This document shows positions 1-10,336 of a DNA stretch of 64,000 nucleotides, piece after piece. The position numbers and the translations under genes are program-made. The DNA comes from Bdellovibrionota bacterium (GTDB taxonomy: Bacteria; Bdellovibrionota_C; UBA2361; JBIKUX01), in assembly GCA_044347345.1 (NCBI GenBank), contig JBIKUX010000001.1:17719-81718 (forward strand). Reading direction: 5' to 3'. Every line of letters starts with the position of its first letter. The stretch's first letter is position 1. Below the pieces are notes generated by a model. The model was not told the DNA's origin. It saw nothing but the letters and a program-made list of their open reading frames with translations, and did not search any database.

Positions 1-2
1 CT

Positions 3-506
3 ATTCCAAAAAGACCAACCTCTCTTATTCAACGATTAACACACACCTTACTGTACGGCGGTAAAAATATAATCGAGATACTTTTAGAGCCTTTAATAAA
101 TCTTTTAAGCTCAAAAAAAATAGCTAGGCGACGGGCCTTACTGCAAATTCTTACGATTAAAAAACAAGTCTATTCAGACAAAATTCAGCAAATTAAAAAT
201 TTAAACCTAAGTAAAATCACCAAAAACTTAAATGCAAATAATAGAGTAGGAGTCCAAGACCTTAAATTTGAAGAAACAGAAAAAAAGCAATTAGAGGATT
301 TATCTAACCAAAATCTCGATGTTTCCAATGGTTTTGGTATAGAAAACCCTGATACGGTAATGCCGTATTACAACCAAGTAAACACCATCCACTTTGATGA
401 CAACAACGGCGCTGACTCCTTAAGCCTCCTCATAATGCCAATAATTTCTCCTATCCGCAAAAAATTGCGAAAAAAGAATCGAAAAAAAAAGATTACTCGA
501 GATTAA
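3..506 (+). CDS. Hypothetical protein, 3' part (5'-truncated by the window edge), with a basic C-terminal tail
   Basis: Frame 3 is open from the window start (IPKRPTSLIQRL...) to TAA at 504-506 (...KKNRKKKITRD*); translated by hand, not in the ORF track. Confidence 0.55.
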   Translation: MPKRPTSLIQRLTHTLLYGGKNIIEILLEPLINLLSSKKIARRRALLQILTIKKQVYSDKIQQIKNLNLSKITKNLNANNRVGVQDLKFEETEKKQLEDLSNQNLDVSNGFGIENPDTVMPYYNQVNTIHFDDNNGADSLSLLIMPIISPIRKKLRKKNRKKKITRD

Positions 507-1287
507 CAAGCTGGTCTCTTACGGCTGGTATTCGCTCAACTACTTTCTTAATTAACTCCTCAGCCTCTGTTCTCTCTGCTGGAGTATTAGCTAAAAGTTT
601 TAAGGTGTGTATAGCTCCAGCAGCGGCGTAAGTACCCGTTAGAGCGAGATTTTTTAAAGACTCACGGTCGCCCTTAATACGAGCTATAAGAAGAGCTTTT
701 AATTCAGCAATTATTGGATTAGTTGACTGCTGATTGTTAGCTGATTCTACTTTCATGAGAGCTAGAGCTTCGGCACTCTGACCACTGCGCATAAGAGCAA
801 TCGAGCGATACAAAGGAGCTAGCTCCACTCCCAAATTAGCTTCATCTGACAAAGAAGTTACAGCAGCATCAAAAGCTTTCTTAGCTCCCTCTAAAATAGC
901 TTCATCACCTTGAGGAGAAACTCCTAACTTCTCCTTATCCTCCTTTTTCTCCTCCTTATTACCCTGAACCTCATCAACTGATTTTTCCTTTTCAACTGGC
1001 GCGATGATAGCGGCAAGCTGACCTCTTACTTGTTTTAACTTAGAGGTTAGTATTTCTTGTTCACGAATACGACCTTTTGCAATCGACGAAACAACATAAA
1101 AAATAGCCCCCACAAAAACCACCACTAAAACTATCTCGCGCAAATTGCGCTCGATCAAGGCGAGTACCTTTCGGACTAAGTCACCGCTATCTGCTGAAAG
1201 TAGGCTATCCGTTTGCTTGGAATAACTACTAGATGTAGCTATATTTGGCGCTGAGTCTGAGGGAGGAAGAACCATGAAAACACTCAC
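493..1287 (-). CDS. Single-pass membrane protein with helical/TPR-like C-terminal domain (YfgM-like architecture)
   Basis: 264-aa ORF with one hydrophobic segment (IVLVVVFVGAIFYVV) then an Ala/Leu-rich helical region; 4-bp overlap with the upstream gene. Confidence 0.5.
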   Translation of the reverse strand: MSVFMVLPPSDSAPNIATSSSYSKQTDSLLSADSGDLVRKVLALIERNLREIVLVVVFVGAIFYVVSSIAKGRIREQEILTSKLKQVRGQLAAIIAPVEKEKSVDEVQGNKEEKKEDKEKLGVSPQGDEAILEGAKKAFDAAVTSLSDEANLGVELAPLYRSIALMRSGQSAEALALMKVESANNQQSTNPIIAELKALLIARIKGDRESLKNLALTGTYAAAGAIHTLKLLANTPAERTEAEELIKKVVERIPAVRDQLVNLE

Positions 1288-1940
1288 ATTTTATACTTAA
1301 AATCATCAGGATCTAACTCTTCTAGTATGGTTTTCCACTTATCTTTACCAATACCACTTAGATCACTATCTTTAGGGTATTCCGCACTACTACTAATGCC
1401 GTCACCATCAACATCACCATCATCACCAGCCACCACCTTAACGGCTATTTCAGTGTCTTCTTCTAGTTCCGATTTGTTACTTTGCTCCCCTTCTTGAGAC
1501 TTATCTGGAGACTCAACTAGTATCTTAGCTTGATCCAATACCGTCTTACTAACATAAACGGGTGAAGAAGTCCGAACGGCTAGTGCGATAGCGTCACTAG
1601 GTCTAGAGTCAAAGATAAATATCTTGTCTCCTTTAGAAATAACTAGCTCTGCATAATAGGTAGCATCCTTCAGATCACTAATTATAACCCGTTCGATATT
1701 CCCACCAAATTCATTTATCACATCAAGCATAAGATCGTGCGAGAGTGGCCGCACCATTCCGACCTGCTTTAGAGCGCTAGCTATCGAAGTAGCCTCTGCT
1801 ACGCCAATCCAAATCGGAAGGCATATAGTCCCTCCTTCATCCTTTAGAATAACTACTGGAGCCTGACTGTTAGGATCAAGAACTAATCCACCTACGTACA
1901 TCTCTATCGCTTCATCATCGGTGCTCTGGTCATGAACCAT
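1284..1940 (-). CDS. Bifunctional nuclease (DUF151/BFN) family protein
   Basis: Motifs LPIWIGVAEATSI, RPLSHDL, DSRPSDAIALA; acidic linker and DDFKYKM end; lies downstream of miaB. Confidence 0.9.
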   Translation of the reverse strand: MVHDQSTDDEAIEMYVGGLVLDPNSQAPVVILKDEGGTICLPIWIGVAEATSIASALKQVGMVRPLSHDLMLDVINEFGGNIERVIISDLKDATYYAELVISKGDKIFIFDSRPSDAIALAVRTSSPVYVSKTVLDQAKILVESPDKSQEGEQSNKSELEEDTEIAVKVVAGDDGDVDGDGISSSAEYPKDSDLSGIGKDKWKTILEELDPDDFKYKM

Positions 1941-1987
1941 AGACTACCTGTTCACTTAAAAATTTTTCTTAAGTATCATACACTGTA

Positions 1988-3373
1988 CTACCCAGCGTGG
2001 GTCACCCCCCTAAGTGCACATTCTTCAACTTTATTCTCAATATCAACTACTCCTCGCAGAGTATGTTTAGATGGTGATTCCATCCTTACGGGCACCGTTT
2101 CACCAAGATTCGCGCATGAATGTTTGGCAATTAAATTAACTACCATATTATGAGTAGTGCGCCCTTGTAAAAGCGAAGAATCAGCCGGTGTTGGCCTCTC
2201 AAGCAGCACATCCAATACCGACCCCGTATGCAGGGCAAGAGCCTTTTGAGTTAACTCATCTTGCAATTTTTGTAATTCCTGAAGCCGCTCTTTTTTTTCT
2301 TCCGGGGATACTGTTTCCTCCAACTGACTGGCCGGAGTGCCAGGACGCTTTGAAAACATAAAAGAGTAACTGTGTTGGAATCCAACTTCACGCATAATTT
2401 CGAGGGTATCCTCAAAGTCTTTTCGAGTCTCTCCCGGGAAACCAACAATTATATCAGAAGAAATACCCATATCTGGTACTTTAGCCTTAAGCATTTCAAC
2501 GATTTTTAAATATCGCTTGCGTCTATAATTACGATTCATGGCTTTAAGAATGGTGTCACTACCAGATTGTAACGGTAGATGAATATGCCGACATACCTTT
2601 GGTTCTGATGTAACACATTCAATGAAATCCTCTCTAACTTCCTGAGGATGCGGACTAGTAAAACGAATGCGCTCGACTCCCTTAACTGCAGCTACTCGCC
2701 TCAAAAGATCTGAGAAGCGTATGCGAGGAGAAAAATCAAGCCCGTAAGAATTTACTGTTTGCCCCAAAAGCACTATCTCCTTACTGCCACGGTGCACAGC
2801 AATCCGTACTTCACGCTCTATTTCTAGTGGGTCTCTCGAAACTTCCTTACCTCTTGTGCGAGGTACGATGCAATATGAACAATTCTTATTACAACCACGA
2901 CTTATCGAAACAAATGCGGATACTGTCGGATTACCACCGAATCCGAGTGGCAAATCTTCCCATTCGTCTCGATAATCCACCGCTACTTGTGGCCCGGCGC
3001 CATTTTTTACACTCTCTATGAGAGAAGGAACAAGCGATAAATTATGAGTGCCAAAAACAAAATCTACATTCTTTCGACTGCGGTCAATAATTTGGGCGCC
3101 TTCTTGCTGAGCTACGCAACCACCGACACCAATTAACACATCCTTTTTACCATCTCGTAGCTCGCGCACTTCACCGAGAACACTAAAGAGTTTTTGCTCA
3201 GGTTTTTCTCTAACACTGCAAGTATTGACAATAATGACATCAGCCTGATCAGGGGAGTCAACTAGGTCATATTCCGCTTCCATCAGCTTTGCAAGCTTCC
3301 GAGAGTCATACTCATTCATCTGACACCCGAATGTGCGAATATAAAGACCCTTACGCGCTGTATTCAAAGACAT
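1988..3373 (-). CDS. miaB: tRNA-2-methylthio-N6-dimethylallyladenosine synthase
   Basis: UPF0004 N-terminus (TFGCQMNEYDS, NTCSVREK, GCVAQ), radical-SAM CNKNCSYC, RFTSPHP, SDIIVGFPGET, C-terminal TRAM domain. Confidence 0.96.
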   Translation of the reverse strand: MSLNTARKGLYIRTFGCQMNEYDSRKLAKLMEAEYDLVDSPDQADVIIVNTCSVREKPEQKLFSVLGEVRELRDGKKDVLIGVGGCVAQQEGAQIIDRSRKNVDFVFGTHNLSLVPSLIESVKNGAGPQVAVDYRDEWEDLPLGFGGNPTVSAFVSISRGCNKNCSYCIVPRTRGKEVSRDPLEIEREVRIAVHRGSKEIVLLGQTVNSYGLDFSPRIRFSDLLRRVAAVKGVERIRFTSPHPQEVREDFIECVTSEPKVCRHIHLPLQSGSDTILKAMNRNYRRKRYLKIVEMLKAKVPDMGISSDIIVGFPGETRKDFEDTLEIMREVGFQHSYSFMFSKRPGTPASQLEETVSPEEKKERLQELQKLQDELTQKALALHTGSVLDVLLERPTPADSSLLQGRTTHNMVVNLIAKHSCANLGETVPVRMESPSKHTLRGVVDIENKVEECALRGVTHAG

Positions 3374-3423
3374 GTTTGATACTTCCTTCCAAACTACAGA
3401 AACTATTGTGAGGTTTGAGACAC

Positions 3424-4206
3424 CTAGTAGTCAACGAGTACTCCACTCACTGAAACAGCACCGTTCCAATGCGAGGGTAAATCCTCTGGGAAAAAAGGTA
3501 CTGGAATTCGTGCAGAATAATAAACAGTGCTATCAGCTTCTAAGCCTTGTTCAGAAAATCCTTTTTTTTCAGAAATCAACTTTCCTGGGAGTCTGACACG
3601 AATTTCTTTATCAAGCCAATCAGCCGTAAAACTGACTTCAAAAGAGGTAATTTTACTATTTCCACCAATTTTAGTGGCCTCAAGTTTAATGAGCGGATAG
3701 ACCGGACAAGGTGGACAATTACATGAAATCTGCTCAGTTGCTAGCTCAGTAACCTTAACTAATACCTGAGGTGCGGTTATCCGCCTAGCCTCATCACCCC
3801 AAACAAGGTCAACGAGATAAGTTGAAAAATTCTCTACCGGTATTACAAAAGCAAAAGGTACTCTTTCATTATTTTTAACAAACGGCTGAGGGGTAAACTC
3901 AGACACCAACCGAGCAACTTTTGTAAGCTCTTGCGTATTTTGTAAAACGCGCACTCGCAAGGCTACCCGCGATGGCTCCCATTTTTCGACTAGCGACCCA
4001 ACAGGAAAAGCTCCGGCGACCGTTCCAGCAACATACAAGGCTACGCCGTCATATTTCTCATCAACAAGAGATAGAATAAAGGGCGATTCTCCTCCATCAT
4101 GACCAGCTTGAGCCAGAGGCACAGGCTCTCGGTATAAGGAACAACCGATAAGAGTGCTTACAAGAACTACTCTCAATAAATTTATTGCCCTAATACTTAC
4201 AGGCAT
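3424..4206 (-). CDS. Hypothetical exported protein, probable lipoprotein
   Basis: ATG at 4206 overlaps the upstream stop (TAATG); hydrophobic segment ends in lipobox-like LIGC. Confidence 0.55.
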   Translation of the reverse strand: MPVSIRAINLLRVVLVSTLIGCSLYREPVPLAQAGHDGGESPFILSLVDEKYDGVALYVAGTVAGAFPVGSLVEKWEPSRVALRVRVLQNTQELTKVARLVSEFTPQPFVKNNERVPFAFVIPVENFSTYLVDLVWGDEARRITAPQVLVKVTELATEQISCNCPPCPVYPLIKLEATKIGGNSKITSFEVSFTADWLDKEIRVRLPGKLISEKKGFSEQGLEADSTVYYSARIPVPFFPEDLPSHWNGAVSVSGVLVDY

Positions 4207-4712
4207 TATGTAGTTTTCTCCTGAGGACGCAGTAACCTCACTTTCCAACCATCACTTAACGAAAATATCCACTCTTGTATCTCATTTTGAGTGACTACTT
4301 GAGGAGAAGCAGGTTCATACAACCTTGTCTGTACTTCGACACTGGCTTCAAAGGCATCAGTTGTAAATTCAACATCCATGATTTTGTGGCTAACAACACG
4401 AGCCGAAGAAAATTTTTCAAGAAAATATTTTTTTACATTGGCTCTTTCATTTTCTTTTACATGACTTAGAGCCGTAGACATGTCTTGCCAAAAACGAGCA
4501 ACTTGAAACCGCTCAATCTCTTTATTGAGTAAATCCATTCTGTGCGACTTGGTAGCTCCTACTTGCCGCACTGAATCTATAAAAGGAACGACAATACATC
4601 CTGACGCAGTTATTACGAAAATAAACACACAGAAACAGAAAACAGCTCTATATAACGACCTTCCGCGACTTTGTAAGATTTTTTTTTCTTGTCGTGCTCG
4701 ATGCTTTATCAT
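4206..4712 (-). CDS. Hypothetical lipoprotein
   Basis: Basic N-terminus, hydrophobic stretch, lipobox-like ASGC; translationally coupled to the next gene. Confidence 0.55.
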   Translation of the reverse strand: MIKHRARQEKKILQSRGRSLYRAVFCFCVFIFVITASGCIVVPFIDSVRQVGATKSHRMDLLNKEIERFQVARFWQDMSTALSHVKENERANVKKYFLEKFSSARVVSHKIMDVEFTTDAFEASVEVQTRLYEPASPQVVTQNEIQEWIFSLSDGWKVRLLRPQEKTT

Positions 4713-4803
4713 TGATTGTTTCCGAAACTTTTAAATCCCTTTATCACACATCGAATTCATGAAAACTTGAGTGCTCTTCAAAAGGAGATTTTTACCTGAT
4801 GTA

Positions 4804-5085
4804 TCAGGGTACAAATGTGCTTAAAAAACGTTGTACAGCTTTCCAATCGTTAGCTCGCTGCTTTTGAGCCAACTGCTGCTCTTGTGCCCGCTCTTGACTA
4901 CGTTGCTTTATATTAATTTGTCCGTGCAATTCACGAACAAGCTCTTTTCCCACCTCCGGAGGCGGAGAGGGAAGAAGTCTGGCTCGCTTATGAAGGTCAG
5001 CCACACCCAAGAGAACTACTCCAATACTAAAAACAAATAAGGTAACCAGAAAAGAATTTCTTGATGTCTCTATAGTTGAAGCCAT
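4804..5085 (-). CDS. Small hypothetical membrane-anchored protein
   Basis: 93 aa, one N-terminal TM segment; AGGAGGA RBS just upstream on the minus strand. Confidence 0.6.
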   Translation of the reverse strand: MASTIETSRNSFLVTLFVFSIGVVLLGVADLHKRARLLPSPPPEVGKELVRELHGQINIKQRSQERAQEQQLAQKQRANDWKAVQRFLSTFVP

Positions 5086-5141
5086 ACGTCCTCCTAAAAT
5101 GAATCCGTAGCCCTTTCCAAATACAACTTATAAAACTCCCA

Positions 5142-6329
5142 TTACCTTCGATCTTTATTACCCGCTTCGTCAAGTAAATTCCTAGCGATAATCATGCGCT
5201 GAATCTCGGTAGTACCTTCATATATCTCTGTAATTTTTGCATCACGATAATGACGCTCAGCTGGATAGTCAGTGACATATCCGTACCCACCATGAATTTG
5301 TACGCACTTATCGGCGCATGATACGGCAGCTTTTGAAGCGGCTAATTTAGCCATTGATGCGGCTCTTACGAAAGGTCGCCCATGCTCCTTTAATCGTGCA
5401 GCTGCATACGTAAGATATCTGGCGCTATCAACCTGAACTATCATGTCTGCAAGATAATTTTGAATGGTCTGATGATTAGCTATTGGGCGACTAAAGGTCT
5501 TTCTCTCTTGTGCGTAGGTGAGAGCGTCTCGAAGTGAAGCTCGCGCAATACCCAATGCTTGAGCAGCCACGCCGATACGCCCACCATTTAACGTCTCCAT
5601 GGCTATTTTAAACCCTTCTCCTCGCATTCCTATTACGTCTTTTGCTGAAAATTTAGCCCCATCATAAGTTATTGATGCAGTAGCTGAACCTCGAATACCT
5701 AGCTTATCTTCTCGTTTTCCCACAATTACTCCAGGATAGGGCAGAGGATGCAGTAAAGCGAAAATACCTTGATGTTGTTTGCTAGGCTCTTCTGTTAGAA
5801 AAAGAAGAACCACTGATGCTTCTGGGCCGTTTGTTATCCAAGCTTTTTGGCCTGTAACTATACAAGATGAATTATCGTCATTCCATATTGCTCGACACTG
5901 AAGCGCACTCGCATCACTACCAACGCCTGGCTCAGAAAGAGCAAAACAACCGAGTATTTTCCCGGACATCACTTTTTCTAAGTAGGTAAGTCTATGCTCA
6001 GGAGTGCCGCGGTCATAAATAGCCCTAACACATAATGAATGATGAGAACTTGCTATAATTGCCGTGGTGGCGCACTCAGCGGCTAGTTCCTCAATTAAAA
6101 TTGCAAATGCTACTTCTGATAAACCAGCTCCTCCATCAGCGCTTGGAATGGTAGCTTTTAAAAATCCTAAAGCACCCATTTCACCAACAAGATCATGAGG
6201 GAACAAATGCTCTGCATCAATCTTTTTTGCGAGTGGCCGAACTCGCTCTCTAGCAAAAGCTCTAGCAGTGTCTCGAACTAAAAGCTCTTCTTCAGAGAGC
6301 TCAAAATTAAACCCATCTTCCCAAGTCAT
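5142..6329 (-). CDS. Acyl-CoA dehydrogenase (short-chain/butyryl-CoA type)
   Basis: GCFALSEPGVGSDA, KAWITNG, KLGIRG, LNGGRIGVAAQALG, QIHGGYGY, TEIYEGTTEIQR. Confidence 0.95.
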   Translation of the reverse strand: MTWEDGFNFELSEEELLVRDTARAFARERVRPLAKKIDAEHLFPHDLVGEMGALGFLKATIPSADGGAGLSEVAFAILIEELAAECATTAIIASSHHSLCVRAIYDRGTPEHRLTYLEKVMSGKILGCFALSEPGVGSDASALQCRAIWNDDNSSCIVTGQKAWITNGPEASVVLLFLTEEPSKQHQGIFALLHPLPYPGVIVGKREDKLGIRGSATASITYDGAKFSAKDVIGMRGEGFKIAMETLNGGRIGVAAQALGIARASLRDALTYAQERKTFSRPIANHQTIQNYLADMIVQVDSARYLTYAAARLKEHGRPFVRAASMAKLAASKAAVSCADKCVQIHGGYGYVTDYPAERHYRDAKITEIYEGTTEIQRMIIARNLLDEAGNKDRR

Positions 6330-7150
6330 GTCTCTGTAACCTCAAAGAATGATGGAACGCGTCGCTCCGTAAAAGCTCGCATCCCTTCCTCACGCTCGCT
6401 ATTTTGAAATACCTCGAGGAAAGTCTCTACTTCTAATTGAAGCCCTCCAAGAATAAGTGATTCTTGCGTCGAATTAATGACTCTCTTTACTGCCTGCACT
6501 GCTCTTGGGCCTTTTTTACCGATATTTTCGGCTAATTTTTGTGCTCCTTCTCTAGCGTCGCCATCCACCAATACATCCACCAACCGTAAATTGACCCCTT
6601 GTTCACCCGTAATAATCTCTCCGGTAAAGCATAAAAATTTAGCGGCTCCCACTCCGCATCTGGTAATTAAGCGTTGCGTACCACCAAATCCAGGAATAAT
6701 TCCTAAATTAACTTCTGGCTGACCAAACCTAGACTCCTTAGAGGCAACTATTAAGTCACATGCAAGGGCTAGCTCTAGACCTCCACCGAGCGCATACCCG
6801 TGAACTGCCGCTATAACTGGTACAGGGAATTTCTCAATAGTTCTTAGCGCTCTTTGTCCGAGTTCAACATAGTCAGCTATGGCTCTTGGCCCCAAGTCAA
6901 TCATAGAACGGATGTCGGCACCCGCAACAAAGGCTTTATCTCCTGCACCTTCAATAATTACTGCTACTATAGAATCGCGTCTTTTTTCAGGAGCTAAAGT
7001 GTGTGTAGAAAGACGATCAAAAGTAAGAATTAAACTGGTTAGGACATCAGGATTAAGAGCGTTTAGGGCTTCTTCTCTACAGATTTTTACTCGAGCAATT
7101 CTGTCTTTTACAGTTACTTGAACTACATTCCCTTTTTGCTCAGTAATCAT
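6326..7150 (-). CDS. Enoyl-CoA hydratase (crotonase)
   Basis: AFVAGADI, GYALGGGLELALACD, FGQPEVNLGIIPGFGGTQRL; both catalytic Glu present; 4-bp overlap with the acyl-CoA dehydrogenase. Confidence 0.93.
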   Translation of the reverse strand: MITEQKGNVVQVTVKDRIARVKICREEALNALNPDVLTSLILTFDRLSTHTLAPEKRRDSIVAVIIEGAGDKAFVAGADIRSMIDLGPRAIADYVELGQRALRTIEKFPVPVIAAVHGYALGGGLELALACDLIVASKESRFGQPEVNLGIIPGFGGTQRLITRCGVGAAKFLCFTGEIITGEQGVNLRLVDVLVDGDAREGAQKLAENIGKKGPRAVQAVKRVINSTQESLILGGLQLEVETFLEVFQNSEREEGMRAFTERRVPSFFEVTET

Positions 7151-7223
7151 TGCCCCTCATTTTACTCAGCCCCTCTTTTACTCACACTTCTTTAACAGAC
7201 AGCTTACTTACGTTACGCACTCA

Positions 7224-7562
7224 CTACCCAGGAGGCCAAGATAGGCTCCTGCCCGCTAAAATATGAACGTGCAGATGAAACACTGTCTGCCCAGCCTCTC
7301 TACCTGTATTTATAACTGTCCTAAAGCCACTTACCTCTAAACCAACGAGTTTTGCGACATTTTTCACCCCAACAAAAAGATGCTGAAGCAATTCTGGTGA
7401 AGCTTCAAGAATATCAGTAACTTGCTGACGAGGTACCACCAAAATGTGTACTGGCGCTTGTGGCTGAATGTCACGAAAAGCTACCACCCACTCATCTTGG
7501 TAGATGATGTCTGCTGGAATTTCTTTGCGAATTATCTTTGAAAATATAGAGTCGACAGCCAT
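7224..7562 (-). CDS. hinT: Histidine triad (HIT) nucleotide-binding protein
   Basis: SIFSKII, AFRDIQPQAPVHILVVP, GQTVFHLHVHILAGR, WPPG end; start set to MAVDSIF at 7562. Confidence 0.92.
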   Translation of the reverse strand: MAVDSIFSKIIRKEIPADIIYQDEWVVAFRDIQPQAPVHILVVPRQQVTDILEASPELLQHLFVGVKNVAKLVGLEVSGFRTVINTGREAGQTVFHLHVHILAGRSLSWPPG

Positions 7563-7678
7563 TTTACTATTTTTGCTCCATCTCAAACAGTGGCTCCATT
7601 TTTGCATGATACGAATTTAAGTGAGATCTATCGAGGGTTTTTCGCAGAAATTATTACGAATCATTCTTAGGTTAAGTC

Positions 7679-8074
7679 ATGATGGTGTTCAAAATTGTTC
7701 GAGAAGAGATAATCCCGTCTCTTCCTATCACGGCTCTTCCTGTTACTGCTATTAAATTTTTTGAAGAAGAACTGTGTAAACGAGGAACTATCCCAAGGCC
7801 TACTGGAATGCCTTTTTGGTTTATTGCGGAGCAAGAGATCCTAACTTACCGGTGGCAAAGTGGTAAAACCTCTGAGACTGAAACCTCTGAGATTGATGAA
7901 GAGTTTCTTTGGGTAGATGTATCCGAACTGCTTAAACGCCTGGAAACCAGAAATAGCCTATTCGAAGAGATGTCATACCTAACTAAGTTTGCTCCTCTTT
8001 TACGAAAAGCTGCTCCGCATCTTTCAGCATTAAGCCTGGCTCTAATCTCCACAACACAAATATCAAATAATTAG
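7679..8074 (+). CDS. Hypothetical protein, weak degenerate Nudix-like pattern
   Basis: 131-aa ORF filling the gap between divergent and convergent genes; no intact family motif. Confidence 0.5.
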   Translation: MMVFKIVREEIIPSLPITALPVTAIKFFEEELCKRGTIPRPTGMPFWFIAEQEILTYRWQSGKTSETETSEIDEEFLWVDVSELLKRLETRNSLFEEMSYLTKFAPLLRKAAPHLSALSLALISTTQISNN

Positions 8075-8823
8075 CCTGCGGTTGAGGCTTCTGGTAAATT
8101 AGCAGGAGCAACTTGATTCTTAATTAATTCTATTATCTTTATTTCTAGCATTTTTCGAATTCTTTCGCTTTTACCCTTATAATTAAGGGCATCAGGTATC
8201 TCTGGTCTAGGGGCTTCCTTATCAAGTAAGTCAGTAATTACGTCGTAATATACCTTTTTTTGATCTGAGGTTAAGGTCCTTAAAACAGCTGAAGCTTCCC
8301 GAAATTGTTTCTGAAATCGCTCATTTTTTTGAGGGTCTCCCTCACATAGAAAAAAACTAGTCACACGAAGTTGTCCTATAACCTCTTCAACGATGCGAGT
8401 TATCGATAGTCGAACCTTTTTCTCTGCATATAATTTTCGCATTTTTGCAGCTAGCTGGGTTATTTCTGTTAATGCATCAACTGAATATGGTTGAGGAAGA
8501 TAGGCATCAATACCCCCAAGCATGCCTTGAGCTGCGGTAGTTGTGCTACCCTCTCCCATCTTTGTTAAAGCAATAAAAGCACACTTTTCTCCCTGAACAG
8601 TGTTTTTTGCTGTACTTATAAAAGAGGAAACTTCTTCAAGTGAATAAGATTGTGAAATAAATACTATATCAATATTTATCTCACCTTTTAGTAGCTCAAT
8701 ACCATTTGCTGTATCTTTGGCATTATGAAAAGCACCAAAAAGCGCTACTGGCGAGCAAGCAGTTCGCAACCGGTGGCGCACTTGAGTGTCACTTTCAACT
8801 ATAAGAGTATCAAAATTTTCCAT
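8071..8823 (-). CDS. Atypical response-regulator-like protein (degenerate receiver domain plus helical C-terminus)
   Basis: Receiver-like pattern TLIVESD...IDIVFIS...FIALT...GIDAYLPQPY; phospho-acceptor Asp and conserved Lys absent. Confidence 0.6.
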   Translation of the reverse strand: MENFDTLIVESDTQVRHRLRTACSPVALFGAFHNAKDTANGIELLKGEINIDIVFISQSYSLEEVSSFISTAKNTVQGEKCAFIALTKMGEGSTTTAAQGMLGGIDAYLPQPYSVDALTEITQLAAKMRKLYAEKKVRLSITRIVEEVIGQLRVTSFFLCEGDPQKNERFQKQFREASAVLRTLTSDQKKVYYDVITDLLDKEAPRPEIPDALNYKGKSERIRKMLEIKIIELIKNQVAPANLPEASTAG

Positions 8824-9127
8824 TAGCTCTAATAAAAATTTTTAAACCTAATAGAAACTTCGAACATTCTGAAAAATTACTTAAAAGGAACTTTTTTAAA
8901 AAATTTCCTCTAATAAAAAATAATTAAGTATTTATATTTTATAAACTTTTAATTCTTTTTAGACGTTAGAGCTAGTAACCGTTCATAAAAGAGATATCGC
9001 ACATTAGAACCAAAGGACTGTATAACGGCGAACTTACTATTAGCTACAAGTTACAAGTAAAAGTAAAACAGATTTGCCAATAAAACTTTTTTAATAAATT
9101 TACCTTAAATAATTCTAAGGCTAAAAA

Positions 9128-10234
<1,107 letters not shown>

Positions 10235-10261
10235 CTCCCCAAGTTAAGCACTCTCTCGAAT

Positions 10262-10298
10262 AAAAAAAGTTGAAGGAGACTATTTAGCCTCCTTCAAC
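10262..10298 (-). terminator. Rho-independent terminator of the porin gene, possibly bidirectional
   Basis: Perfect stem GTTGAAGGAG/CTCCTTCAAC followed by 7 U on the minus strand, between convergent genes. Confidence 0.8.
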
Positions 10299-10336
10299 CT
10301 TAGTGTTAACTAACTCAAAAAACTTCTAGGCAACTA

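Noticed and set aside
8824-8974. MITE bounded by TAGCTCTAA/TTAGAGCTA
   Set aside because: Only a 9-bp inverted repeat in very AT-rich DNA; no target-site duplication or second copy seen
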